A stretch of DNA of 64,000 nucleotides from Chthoniobacterales bacterium. GTDB lineage: Bacteria > Verrucomicrobiota > Verrucomicrobiia > Chthoniobacterales > Chthoniobacteraceae. Both the position numbers and the translations under genes were made by a program. Below, piece by piece: positions 17,319 through 27,274 of the stretch. The stretch spans positions 64,001-128,000 of the forward strand of contig JBBQZX010000011.1 in the NCBI GenBank assembly GCA_038207335.1, in the 5' to 3' direction. The notes beneath the pieces are model-generated. The model saw only the letters and a program-made list of their open reading frames with translations. It made no database searches and was not told the origin of the DNA. The stretch's first letter is position 1; every line of letters starts with the position of its first letter.

Positions 17319-19559
17319 ATGAAAACACTCGAACACGAAGTCACCCCGTCCGGCTTGGGGTTGACTGATATTCTCTTCAGTTTGTACCGGCATAAGTGGA
17401 CGATTGTCGTTTGCACTATGGTCGGAGTGGCCGGGGCGGCCGCAGTATATTTCCTGAAAGCCCGGGACTACGAATCCCGTGCGAAACTCCTTGTCCGCTA
17501 CGTCGTGGAACGGAGCGCCGTTGACCCGCTTGATCCGAAGGTGAGCACCACAGGGTCCCAAACCGATGCCATAATCAATTCGGAGGTGGAAATTCTGACC
17601 AGCACGGATCTGGCGTTGCAGGTGGCCGAGACGGTGGGAGTGGAAAAACTGGCGCCGAATTCCAGCGGTGCGGAAAGCAGGGCGGCTGCCGTTAAGAGCA
17701 TTTTCAGTGGCATCAAGGTCGAGATTCACCAAGGCAGCAACGTCATCACGGTCGCTTATCGGAACCGTGACCCGGACTTGGCGCGGACCGTCCTGGACGA
17801 ACTCGTCAAAAGGTATTTTGAAAAGCACATGGAGGTGCACCGCTCGACAGGGGCATTCAGCTTCGTGACCGATCAGACCCAGCAGGCGAGGGCACGCCTC
17901 AGGCTGACCCAAGACGCATTGCAAAAGCAGAAGGCGGCTGCCGGGATTTCGTCACTCGCAGACAGCACCGCGAGCATCAATGCCCGCATGGCCAAAAGCG
18001 AGGAGGATCTGATGCTGGCGGACACAGAATTGGCAGTTCAGCAGGCCCGCGTTAAGGAAATGGAGACTTTATTGTCGGGTGGAGGTCCCGGGATGTCCAA
18101 GGGAGCCGCAAAAGTGGAAGGGGCGAACCCAGGCGAGATCGAGGCCGCGGGTTCAGCAAGCCCCGTGGAAAGCACCGAAGTGGAGCATTACGAGCTCCTG
18201 CTCAACCAAGTCGCACAGTTACGCAAATCCGAGTTGGAACTCCTGTCCAAGTACACCCCGGAGAGCGAGATCGTGAAAACAGCCCGGCGCCAGATCGAGG
18301 GCTTGGAGATCCAGCGGCGGGACCTCGAAAAGAAGTTCCCAGCCCTTCTCGCCGCGGTTCCGAAGACAGTATCCGGCGGGACTCTGCAACCGGATATCGT
18401 GACCCAACGATCGAACCTCGCGGCGTTGGGGGCCAAGGTGGAGTCGCTCAAAGCGCAGCTTCGCTCCGCAGAGGAGCAGGCCGCCAAGCTCGCCCAAGCG
18501 GGACCGCCGATTGCCGAACTCGAACGAAAAGCGGAAGCGGAGGAGACGAATTTGAAATACATGGAGTCGGGTCTCGAAAAGGCTCGTGTCGATGAAGCTT
18601 TGGACCCGTCGAAAATCCCCAATATTAGCATCCTTCAGCGCCCCACCGACGGTGCAAAGGTGACAGGTGAATCCCAGAAGCTGCTGCTGAGGATCGCAGG
18701 TGCCGGTGTGGGCCTCGGCATCGGTCTCGCCCTGCTAATCGAACTTGTGCTCAATCAGAGCATCCGGCGGACGCGGGAGCTCGAAACGCGGCTGGGCATC
18801 CCCCAGATGCTCTCGATCCCCTATTTTCCCGGCGGTGCCATTGCACGATTGCACCTAAGGAACGGCGCCAACGACAACTCCAGCGATTCCGGCAAAGTGC
18901 TTGCGACGCCTTCCCGCCCCGGGGTCGCCCCGTGGGCACCGGACCATTTCATCAGTTCCTTCTCGGAAGAGATTCGGGATCGCCTGATCCTTTCCTTTCA
19001 ACTCAAGAACCTCACGCACAAACCGAAGCTGGTGGGAATTGCTGGTCTTTCCGGCGGTGAAGGCACGTCCACCCTCGCCAGCGGCCTCGCCGCGAGGCTT
19101 TCGGAAACCGGCGATGGCAAAGTCCTGCTCGTGGACATGACCTCACGAAACTCCGAGACGCACTCGTTTCTCGATGGGAACCCTGCCTGTGGTCTGGCGG
19201 AGGCGCTCGCTGCAAATGGGAGTCTCCCTCCCGTGGCCCATAACCTCTATCTTGCGACTGGTGCATCGCGGGACGGCGGATCGATGCCACTTGCCACGAA
19301 GCGATTCTATGCGCTCGTCCCGCATCTCAAGGAATGTCATTTCGACTACGTCATCTTTGATCTCCCGCCGGTCACCCTGAACAGCGCCACCTTGGCGATC
19401 GCGGGCTGCTTGGATAAATTGCTTTTCGTCGTCGAGGCCGAGAAAAGTAACCGGGACGAAGTCAAGCACGCTTACACGGAACTCGTTGCCGCCAAGGCCG
19501 ACGTAGCCTGCATTTTGAACAAGACCCGTTCCTCCGGCCCCAAATGGCTAAACGCCTGA
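17319..19559 (+). CDS. GumC/Wzc-like polysaccharide co-polymerase with degenerate kinase domain
   Basis: Two TMs flanking a coiled-coil periplasmic region (INSEVEILTS); C-terminal P-loop-like GEGTST, LLVD, IFDLPP. Confidence 0.88.
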   Translation: MKTLEHEVTPSGLGLTDILFSLYRHKWTIVVCTMVGVAGAAAVYFLKARDYESRAKLLVRYVVERSAVDPLDPKVSTTGSQTDAIINSEVEILTSTDLALQVAETVGVEKLAPNSSGAESRAAAVKSIFSGIKVEIHQGSNVITVAYRNRDPDLARTVLDELVKRYFEKHMEVHRSTGAFSFVTDQTQQARARLRLTQDALQKQKAAAGISSLADSTASINARMAKSEEDLMLADTELAVQQARVKEMETLLSGGGPGMSKGAAKVEGANPGEIEAAGSASPVESTEVEHYELLLNQVAQLRKSELELLSKYTPESEIVKTARRQIEGLEIQRRDLEKKFPALLAAVPKTVSGGTLQPDIVTQRSNLAALGAKVESLKAQLRSAEEQAAKLAQAGPPIAELERKAEAEETNLKYMESGLEKARVDEALDPSKIPNISILQRPTDGAKVTGESQKLLLRIAGAGVGLGIGLALLIELVLNQSIRRTRELETRLGIPQMLSIPYFPGGAIARLHLRNGANDNSSDSGKVLATPSRPGVAPWAPDHFISSFSEEIRDRLILSFQLKNLTHKPKLVGIAGLSGGEGTSTLASGLAARLSETGDGKVLLVDMTSRNSETHSFLDGNPACGLAEALAANGSLPPVAHNLYLATGASRDGGSMPLATKRFYALVPHLKECHFDYVIFDLPPVTLNSATLAIAGCLDKLLFVVEAEKSNRDEVKHAYTELVAAKADVACILNKTRSSGPKWLNA

Positions 19560-19623
19560 GTCTTCCCGTTTGTTCCGACTTCCATCCCGTCACGGTGTTC
19601 CTTCCGCAGATGGCGCTCTGCCT

Positions 19624-21882
19624 ATGGTTTTGACCCGCCTCTACTACTTCCTCAAGCCTTTCGTGCCCCCGCGGCTGCGCCTTGCCTTGCGGCGGTTCCA
19701 CGTCAGGCACATCCTCAAGAGGTGCGCCGACCACTGGCCGATCCAGAGATCCGCCGCTCGGAAGCCCGTTGGTTGGACCGGCTGGCCTGATGGCAAACAG
19801 TTCGCGTTCGTAATTACCCATGATGTGGAAAGCCGGCGAGGGTTGGATCGCGTAAAGCAACTCGCCGAATTGGAGATGCAGTTCGGCATTCGCTCCACGT
19901 TCAACTTCATCCCGGAAGGCCCCTACGAAGTGCCCGGTTCCCTGCGGAGCTGGCTCACCGAGCGCGGCTTCGAGGTCGGCGTGCATGATCTCCATCACGA
20001 CGGGAAACTCTACTCCTCCCGCGCGGAGTTTCGGCGCAAGGCGACCCGCATCAATCGTTACCTGAAGGAGTGGAATGTCACGGGATTCCGCTCGGGGTTC
20101 ATGTTGCGCCGGCTCGACTGGCTCCACGACCTCAAGATTGGCTACGACAGTTCGACGTTCGACACCGATCCCTTTGAACCTCAGTCCGACGGCGCAGGCA
20201 CCATCTTCCCCTTCTGGGTGCCCGGCCCGGTCGCCGACCACCGATCACCGATCACCGATCGCCCCTCCGGCTACGTCGAACTTCCCTACACCCTGCCACA
20301 GGATTCCACCCTCTTCCTGATCATGGGTGAGAAGTCCGTGGAGATCTGGAAACGGAAGCTCGATTGGATCGTCCGCCACGGAGGCATGGCTCTGGTCAAC
20401 ATCCATCCCGACTACATCCAATTTCCAGAAGACCCTCCGGTCCGTGGCACCTACCCCGTGGCGAGGATTGAGGAGTTTCTCAAATACGTTTCCGCAAACC
20501 ATGGAGTCGAAGCCTGGAGGCCGGCACCGACCCACCTTGCCGATTGGTATCGAGAAACCCACCGGGAAAACGCCCGTCCCCTGGTAAGCAAGCGAGCCGC
20601 AATCCTCCTCTATTCCTACTACCCGGCCGACCCCCGGCCGCGCCGCGCCGCCGAGGCCCTGGCGGATGCCGGGATGCAGGTGGACTTGCTGTGCCTGCGC
20701 GAACGCGACTCGGACCCGAGGCAGGAAATAATCAACGGCGTGCAGGTTCACCGCACATCTCTCCGGCGAAAGAGAGACAGCAAACTCACCTACCTGATCC
20801 AATACGGGCGTTTCATCCTCCAAAGCTTCTTTTTTCTCGCTTGGCGGACTGTTGGTGGAGGCTGTGACCTCGTTCACGTTCACAATATGCCCGACGTGCT
20901 CGTGTTCGCCGCGCTGCTGCCAAAGCTTCTGGGCGCGCGCATCATTCTCGATCTTCACGATCCGATGCCCGAGTTGATGATGGGTATTTATGGGGTCCCC
21001 GCGGATCATTTCATGGTTCGCCTTCTCCGACGGTTGGAGCGCTTGAGTATCCGCTTCGCGGATCTGGTGCTCACTCCGAACCTGGCTTTCCGTCGGCTTT
21101 TCGAGTCGCGCAGTTGTCTTCCGGGAAAGATGGAGATCGTCATGAACTCACCCGAGTCCGGGATCTTCGACCCGGACCGCTTCAGCGGGACCGATATCGG
21201 CCCCAGCCGGACCGGCAGCGAGTTCCACATCATGCATCACGGCTCCATCGTACACCGGCATGGGGTGGACCTCCTGGTCGAAGCCGTCGCACGCGTGCGC
21301 CCCAAAATCCCCGGAGTGCGGCTCCACATCTACGGCTCCCGGACGCCATTCCTCGACGAGGTTCTTGCGGTCGCCACACGGCTGGGAGTCGAGGGCATCG
21401 TCCACTTTCATGGGCCAAAGCCCCAGTCGGAGATCGCCCTGGCAATCCGCGAATGTCACCTCGGCGTCGTACCCAATCGCCGCTCTGCCTTCACCGAGCT
21501 CAATTTTCCGACGCGCTTATTCGAGTATCTCGCCATGCACCGGCCGGTCATCGCCCCGGCGACCAGGGGCATCCAGGATTACTTCGCTCCAGACGAGATG
21601 ATCATGTTCGACGCGAACGGCAGTGAGGATCTCGCCAGTCGGATCCTCTGGGTGCATGCCAATCCTGAATCGGTCATCCAACTTGTCGAACGTGGCCGCG
21701 CAGTTTACCGTCGGCATCTGTGGAGCGCCGAAAAGGCGCGTTTCATTGCCCGGACCAACACCTTGGTCGCCGACGAAGCGGGCGAATTTCTCTCCGCTTC
21801 CACGGAAGAAAACGAGGCTGGACAAAGGCCGCCACAATCCGAATCTCCGCCATTCGCGGCGGAAACCCCCATCAAGCTTTGA
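19624..21882 (+). CDS. Polysaccharide deacetylase fused to a GT4 glycosyltransferase
   Basis: N-terminal ITHDVE, EVGVHD, GFRS, YDSS, NIHPDY (CE4-like); C-terminal DPRPRR, HVHNMPD, PTRLFEY (GT-B). Confidence 0.88.
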   Translation: MVLTRLYYFLKPFVPPRLRLALRRFHVRHILKRCADHWPIQRSAARKPVGWTGWPDGKQFAFVITHDVESRRGLDRVKQLAELEMQFGIRSTFNFIPEGPYEVPGSLRSWLTERGFEVGVHDLHHDGKLYSSRAEFRRKATRINRYLKEWNVTGFRSGFMLRRLDWLHDLKIGYDSSTFDTDPFEPQSDGAGTIFPFWVPGPVADHRSPITDRPSGYVELPYTLPQDSTLFLIMGEKSVEIWKRKLDWIVRHGGMALVNIHPDYIQFPEDPPVRGTYPVARIEEFLKYVSANHGVEAWRPAPTHLADWYRETHRENARPLVSKRAAILLYSYYPADPRPRRAAEALADAGMQVDLLCLRERDSDPRQEIINGVQVHRTSLRRKRDSKLTYLIQYGRFILQSFFFLAWRTVGGGCDLVHVHNMPDVLVFAALLPKLLGARIILDLHDPMPELMMGIYGVPADHFMVRLLRRLERLSIRFADLVLTPNLAFRRLFESRSCLPGKMEIVMNSPESGIFDPDRFSGTDIGPSRTGSEFHIMHHGSIVHRHGVDLLVEAVARVRPKIPGVRLHIYGSRTPFLDEVLAVATRLGVEGIVHFHGPKPQSEIALAIRECHLGVVPNRRSAFTELNFPTRLFEYLAMHRPVIAPATRGIQDYFAPDEMIMFDANGSEDLASRILWVHANPESVIQLVERGRAVYRRHLWSAEKARFIARTNTLVADEAGEFLSASTEENEAGQRPPQSESPPFAAETPIKL
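20227..20261 (+). repeat. Heptamer tandem repeat (CCGRYCR x5) inside a CDS
   Basis: CCGGTCG CCGACCA CCGATCA CCGATCA CCGATCG. Confidence 0.8.
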
Positions 21883-23192
21883 ATATCAGCATCTTCGGAT
21901 TGGGCTATGTAGGCTGCGTCGGCATGGGCTGCCTCGCCCGGCAAGGGCACCGGATGGTGGGCGTGGACGCGCAGGCCACCAAGGTGGATTACATCGACGA
22001 GGGGCGGGCCACCATCATCGAGAAAGACATCGATGGCATCCTCGCGGAGGAGCACGGGGCGGGCCGTATCTCAGCCACGCAGAACGTCACGGAAGCCGTC
22101 CTGCAGACAGAGGTTTCGTTCATCTGCGTTGGCACTCCTTCGACCTCCAACGGTCATCTGGACCTCTCAGCGATCCACAAGGTGTCGGAGCAAATCGGCG
22201 CGGCGCTCCGTGAGAAAAAGACGGGGCGCCACGTCATCGCTCTCCGCTCGACGGTGCTCCCGGGCACCGGGGCCGCCGTTTCGGAGATTATCGCACGCGT
22301 CTCCAATCGCACGCCCGGCCAGGAGTTCGCCGTCGTCTCCAATCCCGAATTCCTCCGGGAGGGGAGCTCCGTCGAGGACTTCGCCCATCCCTCCTTCACC
22401 CTCATCGGAACCGACTGTGAGTGGGCGGCCGAGGTGATGCGCGAAGTCTATGCAAAGATCGACGCCCCGTTCATCGCCACGACACCCAAGGTCGCGGAGA
22501 TGATGAAATACGTCTGCAACAGCTTTCACGCCTTGAAAATTACCTTCGCCAACGAGGTGGGAAACATCTGCAAAAAGCTGGAGATCGACTCCCATCAGTT
22601 GATGGAGATTTTCTGCCAGGACACGAAGCTCAACATCTCCAAGGCTTACCTGAAACCCGGCTTTGCCTACGGCGGCTCCTGCTTGCCCAAGGACTTGAAG
22701 GCACTGCGGACCATCGCCCACGATCACTACCTTCACACCCCGGTGCTCGAGGCCATCGAGCAGAGCAACGAGTTGCAGAAGGAACTCGTTTTCAAACGCA
22801 TTCTCGAGTCAGGCGTGCAAAACGTCGGATTCATTGGGCTCGCTTTCAAGGCTGGGACCGACGATCTGCGCGACAGCCCGATCATCGACGTCATCGAGCG
22901 CCTGCTCGGTAAAGGATTCAATATCAAGATCTACGACCCGAATGTGCACGTGGCACAACTAACCGGTGCGAATCGCGATTATATTCTAAAACGGATTCCG
23001 TTCATCTCTCGCTTCATTTCCGACGATCTCGCTGCCACCGCCCAAGGCTCCGATCTCCTGGTCATCGTTAATCGAATCCCTGGCATCGAACCCGACCTGG
23101 CCACACACTCAGTCGGAAAATCGATCTGTGATCTCACTGGGTTGCCCCCGGCCGGGAAGAACGGCGCCGGTCCCTCCGGCGTCGCGGCGTGA
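21879..23192 (+). CDS. Nucleotide-sugar dehydrogenase, GDP-mannose 6-dehydrogenase (AlgD)-like
   Basis: TTG start overlapping the upstream stop; ISIFGLGYVG, ICVGTPS, NPEFLREG, GFAYGGSCLPKD, FKAGTDDLRDSP. Confidence 0.9.
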   Translation: MNISIFGLGYVGCVGMGCLARQGHRMVGVDAQATKVDYIDEGRATIIEKDIDGILAEEHGAGRISATQNVTEAVLQTEVSFICVGTPSTSNGHLDLSAIHKVSEQIGAALREKKTGRHVIALRSTVLPGTGAAVSEIIARVSNRTPGQEFAVVSNPEFLREGSSVEDFAHPSFTLIGTDCEWAAEVMREVYAKIDAPFIATTPKVAEMMKYVCNSFHALKITFANEVGNICKKLEIDSHQLMEIFCQDTKLNISKAYLKPGFAYGGSCLPKDLKALRTIAHDHYLHTPVLEAIEQSNELQKELVFKRILESGVQNVGFIGLAFKAGTDDLRDSPIIDVIERLLGKGFNIKIYDPNVHVAQLTGANRDYILKRIPFISRFISDDLAATAQGSDLLVIVNRIPGIEPDLATHSVGKSICDLTGLPPAGKNGAGPSGVAA

Positions 23193-23205
23193 CGGCACAA
23201 CCACG

Positions 23206-24024
23206 ATGAGCCGGCTGATTATTGAACAGGGGCAAATCGAGCGCCAATACTGGCGCGACTTGTGGCGCTATCGCGAATTGTTCTACCTTCTCGCCTGGCG
23301 CGATCTTCTCGTCCGCTACAAGCAGACCGTGGTTGGCGTCGCTTGGTCGCTCATTCGTCCGCTTCTGACCATGATCATCCTCACCGTCGTGTTTGGGACG
23401 CTGGGCAAAATGCCCTCCGCAGGCGTACCTTACCCCTTGCTTGTCTTCTGCGGGATGCTCCCGTGGCAGTTCTTCTCCAACGCACTGGCGGAAAGCGGCA
23501 ACAGCCTCGTCGCCAACTCCGGCCTCATTTCCAAGGTTTACTTCCCGCGCATGGTGGTGCCGGCCAGCAGCGTCATCACCAGCTTCGTCGATTTCCTGAT
23601 CTCGGCCGTCTTTCTCGTCGCGTTGATGATCTGGTTTCGCTTTTGCCCACCCGCCAACATTGTGTTTTTACCATTGTTCGTGCTGCTGGCTTTCGCCGCA
23701 TCCTTCGGCGTGGGCTTGTGGATCGCCGCCTTGATGGTGGAATACCGCGACTTCCGCTTCATCGTTCCATTCATTGTTCAATTCGGTCTCTACATCTCGC
23801 CGGTGGGCTTCCTCAGCAGCGTGGTGTCGGATAAATACCGGCTCCTCTACTCCCTGAATCCCATTGTCGGCGTGATCGACGGGTTCCGCTGGTGCCTTAT
23901 GGGAGGAGAACATCTCATCTACTGGCCTGGCTTGGCCGTCTCGGTCGTTGGTGTGATCATTCTACTGGCGACCGGGATCGTCTACTTCCGGAAAACGGAG
24001 CGTACGTTTGCTGATGTCATCTAA
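23206..24024 (+). CDS. wzm: ABC-2 polysaccharide export permease (Wzm)
   Basis: LWRYRELFYLLAWRDLLVRYKQT, LISKVYFPR, YRDFRF, LNP. Confidence 0.93.
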   Translation: MSRLIIEQGQIERQYWRDLWRYRELFYLLAWRDLLVRYKQTVVGVAWSLIRPLLTMIILTVVFGTLGKMPSAGVPYPLLVFCGMLPWQFFSNALAESGNSLVANSGLISKVYFPRMVVPASSVITSFVDFLISAVFLVALMIWFRFCPPANIVFLPLFVLLAFAASFGVGLWIAALMVEYRDFRFIVPFIVQFGLYISPVGFLSSVVSDKYRLLYSLNPIVGVIDGFRWCLMGGEHLIYWPGLAVSVVGVIILLATGIVYFRKTERTFADVI

Positions 24025-24027
24025 TCC

Positions 24028-25311
24028 ATGAGCGATACGGTCATCAAGGTCGAGAACCTCAGCAAGCGGTACGTCATCGGGCAGCAACGCTCCAAGGATG
24101 ACGGGTTCAGGCATATTATCGAGGACGCGGTGCGGGCGCCGCTTAAGTGGCTTAGCTCGCGGAAGAAACAGGAGCGAGAGGAATTCTGGGCGCTCAACGA
24201 TGTCTCCTTCGAGGTGAAGCAAGGCGAAGTCCTCGGGATCATCGGCCGCAACGGAGCCGGCAAAAGTACTCTGCTCAAGATCCTTAGCCGGATCACGGAA
24301 CCAACCTCCGGCCGTATCGAAATCGACGGTCGGGTGGCCAGTCTTCTCGAGGTGGGCACCGGATTTCATCCGGAGCTCACCGGTCGAGAGAACATCTTTC
24401 TCAACGGTGCTATCCTTGGAATGAGCCGCGCCGAGGTAAAACGCAAGTTCGACGAAATCGTGGCGTTCTCAGAGGTTGAGAAGTTCCTAGACACTCCGGT
24501 GAAACGCTATAGCAGTGGCATGTATGTGCGCCTTGCATTTTCCGTGGCCGCTCACTTGGAACCAGAGATTCTAATTGTGGATGAAGTTTTGGCTGTCGGT
24601 GATGCCCAATTTCAAAAGAAGTGCATAGGGAAGATGAATGAGATCTCAAAAAACGAAGGTAGGACCGTCCTTTTTGTCAGTCACAATATGGGCGCGATCG
24701 CAAACATCTGCTCCAGCGGCTTACTTCTACAGCATGGAAAGCGGATCCACAACGGTTCAGTCGGCCAGACAGTTGATGCGTATTTATCTTCGGGAACTGC
24801 GGCTAGCGGAGAAAAAAGGTGGCGCAATGAGGATTGTCCCGCAACATCATGCGTTAGGATACTATCCGTTCGAGTTATCGGTGACGGAGAGACTCGGTCG
24901 ATAGTAAGTATTGACCGCCCGATTCACTTCGAGGTGGATTTCGAGACATTGCTGGAGGGTTTGAGTTTATATGTCAGCATCCACATCGTGCACCTGTCGG
25001 GGGGCGATGTGCTCTCGACCGCCAACTTTCCGTCTGCGTCACTTGAAACGGATGCATGGTCTACGAAGAGTTTCCCACGAGGACGATTTCGCTCCAGATG
25101 TACCTTGCCCGCCAACTTGTTAAACGATGGGGCCTTTTTGATTAATGTGGCGATCATGCGATCTACTCGAGAAACGGAAATATTCGTTCGTGAAGTAATC
25201 CAATTCACCGCGCAAGATACGGGTGGAATGCGGAGGGAATACACCGGGCATTGGATTGGAGTAGTCCGACCCCGCCTAGGGTGGAAAACAGAATCGTTCG
25301 CGGCCGCATGA
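24028..25311 (+). CDS. wzt: Polysaccharide ABC transporter ATPase with C-terminal carbohydrate-binding domain (Wzt)
   Basis: GRNGAGKST, YSSGMYVRLAF, LIVDEVLAVGD, VSH; ~170-aa beta-rich C-terminal extension. Confidence 0.94.
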   Translation: MSDTVIKVENLSKRYVIGQQRSKDDGFRHIIEDAVRAPLKWLSSRKKQEREEFWALNDVSFEVKQGEVLGIIGRNGAGKSTLLKILSRITEPTSGRIEIDGRVASLLEVGTGFHPELTGRENIFLNGAILGMSRAEVKRKFDEIVAFSEVEKFLDTPVKRYSSGMYVRLAFSVAAHLEPEILIVDEVLAVGDAQFQKKCIGKMNEISKNEGRTVLFVSHNMGAIANICSSGLLLQHGKRIHNGSVGQTVDAYLSSGTAASGEKRWRNEDCPATSCVRILSVRVIGDGETRSIVSIDRPIHFEVDFETLLEGLSLYVSIHIVHLSGGDVLSTANFPSASLETDAWSTKSFPRGRFRSRCTLPANLLNDGAFLINVAIMRSTRETEIFVREVIQFTAQDTGGMRREYTGHWIGVVRPRLGWKTESFAAA

Positions 25312-26129
25312 CAAACTTTCAAAAGCTGTCTCAAAAAGTGGAATGGCGGGTCCGCTCCATCCTCGATTCCCAAACGAGAGACTTCGGAGAGCTATCCTAC
25401 CGAATCAATCGCTTGCCAATGCGGACGCTACCTGGCGCTACTTTTCGCTTTCCTTGGGGAAAGGTTGAATATGTCTCCAGCAGTGATCTCCGAGGTCAAT
25501 TTTCGGAGATTTTTGTTGACCGACACTACGCCTTTCGTTCGTCAGTCACCGAGCCTGTCGTGATCGACGCGGGAGGGAATATTGGGCTGAGCGCGATTTG
25601 GTTCCGCCAAGAGTATCCGATGTCCAAGTTGACGGTCTACGAAGCCGATCCGACCCTAGCCTCCCTTTTGGGGCGGAATTTGGCGGCGGCAGGAATTTCC
25701 GATGTGAACGTTCAAAATGCCGCCGTCTGGACACACGACGGGTTTGTGGCGTTCGACAATGTGGGTCAAGATAAAGGTGCGGTTAGTGCGACCGGGACAC
25801 TGCAAGTTCGATCAATAGACTTGGCGCGGCAGTTGCCTGAGCGGGTGGATCTTTTGAAACTCGACGTCGAAGGTGCCGAGTATGCCATTATTGACAAGCT
25901 CTACAGCACAGGTGCCATCAAATCGGTTCAAAACTTGGTAGCCGAGTTTCACGTAAGGCGCGATAGCATCGACAGTGTTATCACTGCGTTGAGCCAACTG
26001 CGGGACTCTGGTATGCAAGTGACGATGAGTTCCGCACTAGGGCCATGGCTCGGAGCTGCAGGTGCCGTGTCTCCTTTTGAGATTGTAGGAACGGACCAGT
26101 CACTCATGGAGGTTTACGCTTGGCGCTGA
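25308..26129 (+). CDS. FkbM family methyltransferase
   Basis: VIDAGGNIG, YEADP, LKLDVEGAE. Confidence 0.9.
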   Translation: MTNFQKLSQKVEWRVRSILDSQTRDFGELSYRINRLPMRTLPGATFRFPWGKVEYVSSSDLRGQFSEIFVDRHYAFRSSVTEPVVIDAGGNIGLSAIWFRQEYPMSKLTVYEADPTLASLLGRNLAAAGISDVNVQNAAVWTHDGFVAFDNVGQDKGAVSATGTLQVRSIDLARQLPERVDLLKLDVEGAEYAIIDKLYSTGAIKSVQNLVAEFHVRRDSIDSVITALSQLRDSGMQVTMSSALGPWLGAAGAVSPFEIVGTDQSLMEVYAWR

Positions 26130-26135
26130 CGGTGA

Positions 26136-26155
26136 GGGGGGGGGGCGTTGGGGGG
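26136..26155 (+). repeat. Poly-G tracts (G10 and G6)
   Basis: GGGGGGGGGG CGTT GGGGGG immediately before TTG at 26156. Confidence 0.9.
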
Positions 26156-27274
26156 TTGCGCATTGCTATCGTAAATGAGCGCTGGACCGCCGGAGCAACG
26201 CGCTGTGCACGAGACCTTCAACGAGCGCTCGAGAAACGGCACACGGTACTGTATTACCCCGAACAGGGGACTGCGGCGACCCAAGATCCGCTTGCCGCGC
26301 TGAAGGAGTTTCGGCCAGATGTCGTCCATTTGCATTCCTTCTATGGTGACCTGCCCTATCCATTCCTGGCCAGTGTGGCCATGCAGTATCCAACGGTATT
26401 TACCCTCCACGATCCACGTCCGATCGGCGACATCATGCTCTCATGTTGGAGCTGCGAGGAATACCGAACCTGTTTCAAATGTCCGCTGGTCGGCCGATTG
26501 AAGCGCTACACAGTGTTGCGGCACGAATATTACCTGCGGCGACTACAGAAGAGACGAGTTCACTCCCGCCTGCCCGATAACACCACGATAGTTTGCGTGA
26601 GCGACTGGATGCGGCGACGGGTGATGAAGACAGAGTTGGCACGTTTGCGCGTGGAGCAGATCCACAATGGCATTGATCTCAACCTTTTCCGGCGCGACGC
26701 GAGCGCAAGAGCGACCTTGCGGCTTCCGACCGACGCGAAAATACTGGCGTTCGTCGCTCATCATAGCGGGTGGACGGTCGACGAGAGGAAAGGGGGGCAC
26801 ATTTTGGCCCGAGCCCTGGCTGAAATCGTCATCCCCCGTTTCCCCGACCTGATCGTCCTTGCTGTCGGTGGCGGGATGATACCGAACTTGCCCAACGTCC
26901 GGCCGATCGGGTATGTGAGTCCGGAAAACGTGACCCGCTACTACTCTGCGGCCGACGTATTCGTGGCGCCTTCCCTGGCCGACAATTTGCCCTACACCGT
27001 TCTGGAGGCAATGGGGTGTGAAGTGCCGGTGGTGGCCTCGCGGGTGGGAGGCATCCCGGAAGAAGTCGAAGACAACCAGACCGGACGGCTCTTCGCGACG
27101 GGGTCCTGGCAGGAACTGGGGGCCGCGTTGATTAGCATGCTGGCGAATCCGGAAAAAGCGGCCGCGATGGGGCAGGCCGGACGCAAACGGGCGGAAGACC
27201 TTTTCGAACGCTCCTCCTTTGTCGGCAAATACGAAAGTCTTTTTGCGTCGCTCACCACCCGCGCGACTTCATGA
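26156..27274 (+). CDS. GT4 glycosyltransferase (start may be 26120)
   Basis: PDVVHLH, TLHD, IHNGID, ADVFVAPSLADNLPYTVLEAMGC, VGGIPE. Confidence 0.9.
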   Translation: MRIAIVNERWTAGATRCARDLQRALEKRHTVLYYPEQGTAATQDPLAALKEFRPDVVHLHSFYGDLPYPFLASVAMQYPTVFTLHDPRPIGDIMLSCWSCEEYRTCFKCPLVGRLKRYTVLRHEYYLRRLQKRRVHSRLPDNTTIVCVSDWMRRRVMKTELARLRVEQIHNGIDLNLFRRDASARATLRLPTDAKILAFVAHHSGWTVDERKGGHILARALAEIVIPRFPDLIVLAVGGGMIPNLPNVRPIGYVSPENVTRYYSAADVFVAPSLADNLPYTVLEAMGCEVPVVASRVGGIPEEVEDNQTGRLFATGSWQELGAALISMLANPEKAAAMGQAGRKRAEDLFERSSFVGKYESLFASLTTRATS

